This document shows, piece by piece, positions 1 through 10,475 of a stretch of 64,000 nt of DNA (position 1 is its first letter; every line of letters begins with the position of its first letter). Source of the stretch: the human T2T-CHM13v2.0 reference genome, Homo sapiens. Both the position numbers and the translations under genes were made by a program. The notes below the pieces were generated by a model, which saw nothing but the letters and a program-made list of their open reading frames with translations, was not told the origin of the DNA and did no database searches. The stretch lies in assembly GCF_009914755.1 (NCBI RefSeq), contig NC_060932.1, one strand, 5' to 3'.

Positions 1-40
1 AGACTTTATCTGATGCTAAAAAAATTTGCACAGGAAACAA

Positions 41-46
41 TTTATT
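41..46 (-). terminator. Candidate intronic polyadenylation signal AATAAA
   Basis: tttatt on +; about 108 nt after the read-through stop, followed on the minus strand by GU/U-rich sequence (ttgtttcctgtgcaaattttttt). Confidence 0.45.
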
Positions 47-153
47 CCATCTAATCTCTTTTTTCAACGTATTAGAGACTCTTGCTGTGAAAGGAACCTG
101 GGAAGCCTCTGCCACGTGCACAGCTGTGTAAGGAGAAGGATCTCTCTATGTTT

Positions 154-255
154 TCAGGGCTGACCTGCAGCAGAGACACCTACATATAAGCATAAACTTG
201 AGAAAGCAATGAGCACCCAGGGGAGACGGGGCTGCCGCTTGGGCTTGCTACTTAC
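154..255 (-). CDS. ZFAT: Alternative intron read-through C-terminus VSSKPKRQPRLPWVLIAFSSLCLYVGVSAAGQP* (truncated ZFAT, TR-ZFAT-type isoform)
   Basis: Frame stays open 33 codons past the exon 7 donor to TGA at 154-156; AATAAA follows at 41-46; matches my recollection of the described truncated isoform. Confidence 0.65.
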   Translation of the reverse strand, partial: VSSKPKRQPRLPWVLIAFSSLCLYVGVSAAGQP

Positions 256-510
256 CAGTGCTGTGTGAACTTTAAGATGTGCCTGTAGCTTATATTTATC
301 TGGAGTTGAGTAGTCACAGCCATCGGTGGGACACTTCAGCAAGATGTTACTGTGTTTCTGAATTACGTGGCGTTTAAGGCAGTTTTTGGTGATGGAAGAA
401 TAATGACACTGAGAGCAATAATACAGATGTTCCCGGGTGTGGGTGCGGACATGCATATCAAAATGCACTTGGTACCAAAAAAGTTTGCCTAAAAAAATAT
501 TTTCACATGA
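158..510 (+). ncRNA. ZFAT-AS1: Probable exon of antisense lncRNA ZFAT-AS1 (SAS-ZFAT) overlapping exon 7; boundaries approximate
   Basis: Strong + strand acceptor tctctctatgttttcag|G at 156-157; an antisense transcript over this part of ZFAT is known from the literature; the 3' end is not determinable from sequence. Confidence 0.4.
256..488 (-). CDS. ZFAT: ZFAT coding exon 7 (233 nt): GKLFWYQVHFDMHVRTH...KLQAHLKVHTAL, C2H2 fingers
   Basis: Acceptor tttttttag|GC completes CEYC-G from exon 6; donor CTG|gtaagt is a near-consensus site. Confidence 0.97.
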
Positions 511-1296
511 GAACAAGGAAGTTTCATTTTGACTGATTTTGAATTTTTTAAATTATTATTATTTTTTATCTACAATATCTATCTCCCTCTTGCGCTTGTC
601 CGGGTCACCCTTCATACTTTTCACCACATTTCTGTCTGAAAATTACTCTTCAAAGGTGGGAGGTTGCAAATATTAAGGGTGCTACTATTTTTTGCATGAT
701 GTTAGGGCCCAGAGAGGAGGAAGCCAGTGTTTACTGAGAACCAGTTATGGCTCCAAATACCATGATGCACATGCATAAATCTACAAATCTCTAAGTTCTA
801 CCGGCCCTCCTGGGACAGCAGGTCTGGAGCTGGATTTTCTATATCCTGACCACCAGCTCCCCAGGAGTTCCAGGAGCCATGCTTTCATTGTGAGTTGCAG
901 GGTGCTATTTGGGACCTCCCTACAGAGAGCTGCAGCCACTTTCATAACCTCTCTTGGCTGATATAGTAGTTGGCCACAATTTAAAGCTCAACTTTAAACT
1001 TGTCATGTGCCAGAAGAAAGATTCTTCTTGGTTAGAGTTCTGGTAGAGGTCATGGGTAACCCTCAGCACACACACCTGACCAGGCCAACACAGTCAACTG
1101 TGCAGCCATCCCGGCCACCTCCACAAGACTCCAAGCGCTAACGGCCACACAGGGTCACCGTTCCTATCTACAATGGAGGAGGATGGCTCACTTAGAAGGT
1201 ATTCTTTGCAAACAGACATGAGCTCAAATCAAATGCGAGGTGACCACAGCATGATGGTTGTGGACAGGGCCACGCACCGGCGCTGCCTTTCCTTAC

Positions 1297-2753
1297 CACA
1301 GTATTCACACTCCAGGTCTCCATAAACCTTCCGGATCCGCTCACACAAGCTGGTGTTCATTTGCTTCTTCTGTAAACTGTTCAGGACCTTCATGAAAGCG
1401 GTGATGCCTGACCGGTGCTCAGGGGCAGCTTTGCAAGAGTCAGGCTGATGTGTGATGGTGTCCCCACCACCAGCTACTGGAGGGAGGAGGTCTGAGGCCT
1501 CAGCTGGGTTTGACCTGAGACACCTGCTGGGATCTGGGTCACCAGCTGAAAGCACAGCCATGTTCTGCCCTTCCCCTAGGGGGCTCTGGGCGCCATGGCT
1601 TTCCTGATCTGACCCAGCACTCTGGGCCTTGGACAGCAGTAGTGTGATCACTTCACCTTGCGTCTGGACTGAGCTTCTGTGCTGCATGTCTGGGGGCTTC
1701 TCAGGAGCAGCATGAGCCTCTGCGGAGGAGGTATCATTTTTCAACAAAAAATCATCTGAAACCACCTCTTGAGAATGCAGGTCTGAGGAGGAGACCACGG
1801 TGGTTTCCAGCTCACAGGGTGGCAGGGCTGTGCTTTCGGCCTGCGGGGAGGCCAGGTGCACAGCTGGGGCAGGCATTTCCCCAGGGGCCTCCGGCTCCTT
1901 CCGGCCCTCCTCCAGCTGAGTGTCCCCAGGACAGGCCTCTTCCTTGAGTGCATTCACGCCCTGGAGGGCAAACTCCTCTTCCACCAGCTGTAGCTGGTCC
2001 CCCAGAGCTTCTTGCTGGATGTCCCCACCAGGTTCCAGGAGGCAGAAGCTCTGGTTGATGGAACTGGTGAAGACCAAGGCCTCCTGGGCAGCCCCGTGCA
2101 CCTCTTTGATGTGGGTGCGCAGCCTGATGGAGCTGACGAACTTCTTGCGGCAGACGGCACAGACGTACACGAAGGGGTGCTTCCTGACATGCAGTTCCAG
2201 CGCCTGGTACTTGGTGGCCCCATGGCCACAGAGCTCACAGGCAAAAGGCCACTTGTCTCCGTGGACCAGCATATGGCGGTCGCGGTCCAGCTCGTTCTTG
2301 AACTTGCGCTCACAGATGTGGCAGTCATAGAGCAGCTGCCGCTTGCCCTCCCTCGTCATCAGGCAGAGCTCGTCCAAGGCCTCTTTGACCTTCTTGTCCT
2401 GTGGGTCATGCGCGTCTCGGATGTGCTTGATGAGGTTCTTGACGTCAGAGTACTTCTTCTTGCAGAAGCGGCAGTGCTGCTTGATCTTCTTGTGCACTCG
2501 CTCGATGTGCACCTTGAGGTGGCCCTTGCTCAGGCAGGTGAACGAGCAATAGTCGCAGGCGAACTTCTCTCCAGTGTGCTTGCGCAGGTGCACATTGAGG
2601 TTGGCCTTGATGGCACTGGCATAGCTGCACTGGGGGCACTTGTATGGCTTTTCATTGGTGTGGATCCTCAGGTGGGCCTGCAGCGAGTGCTTGAACTTGA
2701 AGACCTTGTTGCAGTATTCACAAGTGAAGATTTTGAGCTGAGTGGGACCTAGC
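1297..2753 (-). CDS. ZFAT: ZFAT coding exon 6 (1457 nt): tandem C2H2 zinc fingers (CEYC, CPQC, CDYC, CRFC, CHIC, CELC, CAVC), low-complexity linker, and start of the next finger
   Basis: ORF 1229..2773 with HTNEKPY/HTGEK linkers; acceptor tgtttctag|G, donor TGTG|gtaagg. Confidence 0.98.
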
Positions 2754-3949
2754 CTAGAAACAGATGACAGCATGGTTACATCTGGAGACCTTGAATGTTC
2801 CTCATGAACTCTACATCCTTTTCATGAACCAAACACTAAAGGCTGAAAAGTGAACAAAACTGGACAGACGCTGGATGGGTGCAGTCACTCACTCAACAAA
2901 CAGGATCAGAGGGCTCGTGTGTGCCATGGTCCTTCAGGAGCTCACAGTCTTGGGGGAGGGAGGACAGGTTGGCAAATATTTGCATGACAGCGTGGTATGT
3001 ATTGATAGGAATATGCACACCACAAAAAAGGAAAGAGACCTCTAACCTGGATTAGGATAGCTGAGAAAACTTGAGGAAGAGATGTCTGTCTGGACTGGGC
3101 TTCAAGAAAAGGAAAGAGGGAGGCAAGAGAAGGAAGAAGGAAGAGGAAGGACAGGTGTGCCATCCACAACTCGCACAATAATAATGAGCTGTGTTCCAAG
3201 CTGATCTAGGTGGATTCTGTGATATTTTAACAGGACTAGTCTTAATGGAATGAATTCAGTCTGCTGCATAAGACTGGATGCAACCATCTTTTCAATAGCT
3301 TGGTTAAGCCAGACTTCCTATTCATTCAACCAACTGTTGGGGGTGACTCTTTTCCTTTCTGCAAGTTTCCATGTGAGGGCCAACCACTAGGGAATGACCC
3401 CTGGCCTTTCTTCACATCCTTACTTCTTCCCAAGAAAAGAGAACCAATGTGTTTGATTGGTGACTTCAGAGCAGGACCTAAGTCACGAGCTGAGCTCTGC
3501 CTATTTCTGTTGAGGATGTGCCTGCCTGGGGTGAGCATGGGATACAGCGGGCACTTAGCCAACTGGGCCTCTGTGAGCCTGGCTGGAGCAATCCAGGACT
3601 GCGGGTGGGAGAGAAAGTCTGTCTCACTCTGCAGGCAGTAACAGGAGGCTACTGCTGACTTGTACCACACTGTTCTCCTCCACAGCTCTGTCAGTAATAG
3701 AGCTGGCATGTGGCTCTCCATCTTCCTCCTCCTCTATCATGGTTGGTTTAGAACACAGATGGGGAAAATAGGGTTGCTGTTTATTAACTTTGTATTCCAT
3801 TTATTCATAAATGGCCACCATTTGTTAACACCTGCCAATGTGTTTCAGACACCACGTTAGATTTTACGTATGTGGTGAAGAACAAAAGCATGGTCTGCCT
3901 GCCTCATGAATTCTGTCTCTTTCACTAATGTGTGTGCTGAATGAGATGG

Positions 3950-4135
3950 TAATAATAACAGCTAATAATTATTGAGTATGTGTAGTATGATAAGCTCTAT
4001 GCTAAGTATTTAATCCCAACTGTATTGTTATACTCATTTTACAGATGAGAAAACTGAGTATTTGCCCCATGTTGTACAGTTAGTAAGTGGTGAAGTCAGG
4101 ACTTGAATCTAGGAAGACTCTCTGACTCTAGAGCC
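3950..4135 (-). mobile_element. MIR
   Basis: Core cattttacagatgagaaaactgag. Confidence 0.75.
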
Positions 4136-5084
4136 TACACGTGCATGCTTATCCTCTCTACCGCCTGAAATCACTGACACGCAGCGACCCTGCCCCAGAG
4201 TGACTGTACTGCAAAGAAGTCTCCCTGTGTGGGGTTTCCATTGCTGTTGGAATGGCCAAGCCTTGTTTCTGAAACCAGCAAATGACAGTCACCAAAGTAC
4301 CACAATAGGCACCAGGGACAGGCACTGACAGATGAGTCTAAGGAGGCAAATGAGGCTTCTTCTCCAGCCGTAACTGCTTTCTCTGGACAATGTGTCCAGG
4401 TTATCCAAAAAGGACCTCAAACATACTAATAATCAGGTTGTGCTATTAACCAGATACCATTCAACTGTACCCACTCTCACTGTAAAGTCTATAGTTATAA
4501 AACTATCCACAACACAGGTGGCCTTGTCTTTAAATTTAAAATATTTAAATGGATTGCAGTCCATAAATACCAGAGGGTACAATCCACATGATGTAATTAC
4601 AATATTTAAATTTGGAAGTTACTAGTATGCCTGCATGCTAAGCCCAAGGCTAATTTAAGGAAAGTAATTTGGATCTTTCTCAAATGACAAAGATATCCAG
4701 AAGGTGATACATATTATTGGCACAAAGAATGCCAAAGAAAGAAACCCTGGATTCATAACATTAATTAAATAAATAAATCAAGACTTTGCATATTTTCTCC
4801 TCTACTGCAAGATCTAAATGGTCTTAGGAGAATCTTTTGCTCTGACTTTTTGTATTATTAGGCAAATACCTGGTAATGCCCTTAGTGCCCAGGTTCCCCT
4901 CGAGGATAGTGAGTCTGATGAGGATGCTACACAGCCTCCATCTGACCCTTAAGTCCAAGTCATTGACTGTGACAGTGAACTGATGCCAGAGCTTCGATGT
5001 CCATGCGAGTTCTATGAAGTCACTTTATTCCAAATGCTGCCTCCTCAGAGAGGTACTCTCACCACTGCTTTTACAAAGGAATCC

Positions 5085-5409
<325 letters not shown>

Positions 5410-5582
5410 TTAAGAGGTCCTACTCCTTAATCCAGTTATTCCACTTATGGGAATTTATCCAAAAGAAAGAATACAAAATTCAGATGATGGTGCTCATGGC
5501 TCATTTTCCACAATAGTTAAGAATGGGAAGCTGTTCGAAGGTACCAACATAGGGAACTAGTTTGTTTGCACGTTTATCTTTC

Positions 5583-6125
5583 TTCACTTATTCATTCCCT
5601 TAAAAAAGTGTTCCAGGTACTCAGGATACAAAAGGGAATGAAAACAAGCACAGCCCTGCCCTCTGGAGCTCACCTTCCAGAAAGTGCCATAGGCCAGCCT
5701 ACGTACTAAATATAAAAGTAAGCAGACAAGGACCATCAGGCTCCCTGTGAGAAGGATAACGGCCGGACACTCTGAGAGTCCAGTCAGGGTAGATTGACTT
5801 GGTCTAGGGACAGGGAAGGCCTCCCTGAGGACAAGACATTTGAGCAGAAAGCTGAAGGACAGATAAGCATTAACTAAGCAAGAGGGAGGAAAGGCATCCA
5901 GGAAAAGGAAGCGGTGCCTGCAATAAGAGACTAAGGAAGTGAAAAGAGGCCCAGATGGCTGGAACAGATGGCAGCAGCAAGAGTACTGGGGAACCACAGC
6001 AGGTGGACAAGCCTCAGAGGTGGCAGGGCTAGTCTTGGAAGCCCCCTGCACCCCTAAGAGCAAGACAAAGCCTAAAAGGGTAACAATCAGATGAGCATTT
6101 TTAAAAGATCTTGTTGGCTCCAATG
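5583..6125 (-). mobile_element. L2 3' fragment
   Basis: ttattcattc...cagccctgccctctggagctcac...gggaaggcctccctgaggac, typical reverse L2 3' end. Confidence 0.65.
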
Positions 6126-6252
6126 TCAAGAGTTGAGTTGATAACACTATATCCTCATGAAGTTATGCCTTGTTGCTATAAAGCAAAATGTTTGTGATTC
6201 ATTTGAGTACAAAGGCATATAAATGTAATGTGATTAAGTTTTAAAAAGTGAC

Positions 6253-6571
<319 letters not shown>

Positions 6572-8548
6572 TTAAAAAGTGAGATACAAAATCGCTATAA
6601 AATATAAACTCAATTTTATAAAATACACATGCTGAAAAAAAGGCTGGGAGAAAACACATTTAAAATAATAAGTGGTTATCTTTGGGCAATAAGATCATAA
6701 ATGACTTTTTTTCCCTCAGTTTTCTGGACTTCCAAAATTTTTTATATAATAACTCTGTATCATTTGTTATGAGAGAAGAATTATATAACCTAAAAGTTTT
6801 TATCTGTATTTTACAAAGTAAAATCCTTACGCAAAAACATCTCTTTTATAGTTATCTTATAATTTGCACAATAAAATATTAATAGAATGCATGACAACAA
6901 AAATATAGCCTAGATCTGTTGATTAAATATTCAGTGTATTTACCTGTAACTAGATTAACATTTAGCTGAACCTCCCCCCCAACAGACCTTGAAATATTGT
7001 GAAGATAATTAATTAAGGTCTACAAATCAACCTGACTTGAAACACAGAATGATTTTAGAGACTTAATTCTATTATGAATTCACCAAAGGAATGAGTATTT
7101 TTACAACTTCATCAATAAATTCAATTGTTCACATTTACAAGAATAGAGGATTGAAGCTACAAATTAATGAAGCATACCACATGATATAATAATATAATTT
7201 AATGAGAGCACTACATGTGCCAGGCACTTTGCATATTTTATCTCTTATTCTCACTACTAAACTAAAATTCTATTAGACAGTCTTAAAATTGTGCAACAAA
7301 TGTTAGATGCAAAGTAACGTGTGTCAAGTTACAATGGAGTGTAAGCTTCATCAGGGCAGGGGCTGCAACTGTCTGATTCTTTGTCATATCACCAGTGCCC
7401 AGCACATAAGAGGTGTTCAATTTGTTGAGCTGAACTCATACAGAGTAGTCTAGAGCCAATCTAGGTCTATTTCATTCTGAAGCTTATGTTCTACTCAAAA
7501 ACACCCCATTTCTCTTCTTCCAGAAACAGAGGAAAACCACTGGCAACTGGCATTTTCTTTGTCTTTCCTTCTAGCTGGGAGAAATGTTTTCAGACCTCTG
7601 GGGATCAGAGTTTGTTAACTGACTTCAGCAGGTACAGGCTAAAGACAGACAATTTGGGGAGACTGTAGAGAAACACACTGGTTTGCTATGGGTGGTCAAC
7701 TGATCCAGTGTATCTGGAGGACAGTTTTTAATGTCAGTTAAGCACTAGGCACTCATATCCTTTGCTGTAGCAATTTCAACTCTAGCAATGGATTCCACAG
7801 GAGGTCTTGAAGTATGGAAAGATGTATACACCAAAACATTAATCACTGCATTGTCCGTAATAGTAAAAACTGGCTATATAAACTAAAATACATCCACATA
7901 ATAGCAAACACAGCTTTTTAAACTGTGTACTAAAAATGAAAGACTTTCAAGGTGTAGTAAGCTTTTAAAAAAAAGTTGAAAACAGTACTTTTGGTATTTA
8001 GTATTTGCAAAAAACAACAAAATTAAACCAATATATGTTAGTATATTTCAAAAAACTTGTAGAAGCACATGAACTAAACTACCTCCAGAAACAGTAACTC
8101 TAGGTTACTTTAATGCCACATCATATGGGACATGTGAGCCTTCTGCAACACACTTGTGTTACTTTTGAAAGTGGGAAGGAAATAAATATTTTTCTAAACG
8201 GTAGTAAGTGAAGCTATAAATGTCTAAAACTTTACTTAAGCTATGTTTCTATTTCTTTTTATTAAGGTAAAAAATAGTTTTTCTTTAAATAAAATGCTCT
8301 GGCTTCATTAAGCCAGTTGGTGCTCAGTTCTAAAAACATGCTACTCTGCAACACACTGGAGGCTCAGCGAGCACACCGAGGGCTGCCATGGAGGGGTAAT
8401 TCTACTGCTGAATCAAGGAGTCAGTATCTCTTATAAACAAGTTTATAAGCAGAATCCAAACGAACAAGCATGCTGATCCTTCCTGCACTCTGTGGAGTTC
8501 ACTCACATGCAACCTCTGGCTGAAGTTACACAGAACAAAACACTTTAC

Positions 8549-8699
8549 CTGCTTGACTTCATTGGTTGCTCATAAGGTGTCTGCTGAATGGCGTATTCCT
8601 GGTAGCCTCTCCGAGGCACCAGGTCTGCTGAAGTGGTCTCAGAATTTGTAGCTCCTGTTTCAGGGGGCCCAGCCTCCACTGGCACAATCTTGGTAGCAC
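8549..8699 (-). CDS. ZFAT: ZFAT coding exon 5 (151 nt): GATKIVPVEAGPPETG...QTPYEQPMKSSR
   Basis: Acceptor caatctcag|GTGCTA, donor GCAG|gtaaag; bridges exon 4 (phase 1) to exon 6 (phase 2); the true frame is not in the ORF track. Confidence 0.95.
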
Positions 8700-8967
8700 C
8701 TGAGATTGATGCAAAAGGCATTGCTTATTGAGAGGCATCGAAAGTGGGCACTGACCCCATCGCAGCAGAGGGGATGGTGCTGGGAAGTCTATTTCTATAC
8801 TGTCTGATACCCACGCAAGATAGTTTTCACTCAGCTCGCACATTTACATTTTTTGGGTGAGTGTGTGTGAGTGTGTGCATGTGTTTGAGAAAGGACAAGT
8901 TTTTCAATAATCTGTCTAAATGTCCTCTTGAGATATATTTTCACTCGATCTACTTATATTAAAAAGT

Positions 8968-9024
8968 ACACATATACACACACACACATATACATATATA
9001 TGTATATACATATACATATATATG
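8968..9024. repeat. (CA)/(TA) microsatellite in intron 4
   Basis: Direct reading. Confidence 0.9.
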
Positions 9025-10289
9025 TTACTTGCAAGGTTTTATATAGGATCACCCGTGTCAAACTGCATTAAAGAAAAAGATCCAATTTACCCCTTGTTTC
9101 TGGAATTGCAAAGGAATTATTTATACTTTTCACCCTTGCTTAAAGAAATATCAAAATACTACCACTAATTTTTAGAAAAATCATAGAAACTTTCTCTAGC
9201 AACAATTGAAAATAGGAAATTCTCTTCTGGGCTTCTTATTTTCCAGAATAATACTATTCTGAAGTGAGTAGGGCAGACAAAGTGACTTTCCAGAAAGTTC
9301 TTCTAGCCACACAATTTTATATGGTCTGTTCTCTACCGATCACCTTGGTCTGCAGTGACGTACAGAAGGAGAATTTATTCAGATTTTTCATTTTAAATAA
9401 TGAGTTACTCTTAGCATTGAAAATAGGTACTTAAAAGGCTGTAGCTGTCCTTAAAATCCTAAACTTAATTTTTAAATTTTATTTGACAGCAATCACCTCA
9501 AGCGCATAGAGAAAAAATATTATACTTTGAAACACTATTATAAACTGCTTTTTAAATTAAGGGTCCTATCCTAGAGATCTTTTTTAAAAATATAGTGTCA
9601 CATATCCACCAGCTATTTCATGTAAAAGAATACAGAGATGGAAATTTCTAGTATTATATTTGGTGAACCCTTCTAAAAATACAAAAAAAGATCAGAGGCA
9701 CCCCAGGATACCACCTTAGGACATTTCCCACTGTCTTGATCTTAAAAGAAAAGAAAAATGAGAATAGAACTCTAACCTTTGAGAGATGGAAACAGTGGGT
9801 ATCTATGTCAGTTTACATCTTTTCTATGTGCAGAGAGGAAAAAAATACAAAACAGATGGTGGGCAGAGTTAGCATGGGTTTTGGAGCAGCAGCCTGCATG
9901 CGTCTGGCTGAATGGGCTGGCCTCACATGCAGGACAGCATGGCTGAGAGCAGGAGGGGAAGGCACACACCCAGGAGAAGAGCTGGGTGAGGGGACGAAGA
10001 AAACTAACTGCTCCCGGAACCACTACTCCAGCAGGAGCAGCACGGCGGAGCTGTGGGACTACAGCAAGAGCAGCGGCCCTCACAGCAGCCCTCACAGCTT
10101 CTCCTCCATCCATTAACCACAACACCTGGGCAGTAAGTAAGTCTCATCCTCTCAAATTAGTGGGTGATTAAATGGAGAGCCCCACCAATGCACCAGCTCT
10201 GTGTTCTGACTCAGACTGTGACATCAGGCTGCCCTTGGCACAGACTTGCCAAGGGTCTTGCCTTTTCCTTTCCCGCTTGGTGCAGTCAC

Positions 10290-10475
10290 CTGGAATTGCT
10301 TCGTGTGCAGTTAAAACCACACTTATGATGGGTTTCTTCGCCCCAGAAAGCTGTCTGGCCTCCTTTCCTGAGATCTTCTGGACTTTCTCTGTTTTCTGTG
10401 ACCGTGGTCTTTTCGAGGCTTTTTCCCGATCATCTTCCTTACACTTCTTTTCTAGTTCAAGGTCAGACTCGTTAC
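10290..10475 (-). CDS. ZFAT: ZFAT coding exon 4 (186 nt, phase 1-1): GNESDLELEKKCKEDD...AHEAIP
   Basis: Acceptor ttgctccttag|GTAACG, donor CCAG|gtgact; frame continuous with exons 3 and 5. Confidence 0.96.

Noticed and set aside
1229-1296. Read-through tail after exon 6 (KERQRR...PRI*)
   Set aside because: Lies beyond a strong donor, splits a zinc finger, and I saw no nearby poly(A) signal.
1920-2752. Long + strand ORFs (246 aa, 136 aa) opposite exon 6
   Set aside because: Antisense shadow ORFs caused by GC3-rich codon usage of the ZFAT exon; no recognisable domain.
5584-6147. 187-aa hydrophobic minus-strand ORF
   Set aside because: Coincides with an L2 3' fragment.
8427-8453. Inverted repeat cttataaac-aa-gtttataag
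   Set aside because: A 9-bp AT-rich stem is expected by chance in 64 kb and is too short for a pre-miRNA.
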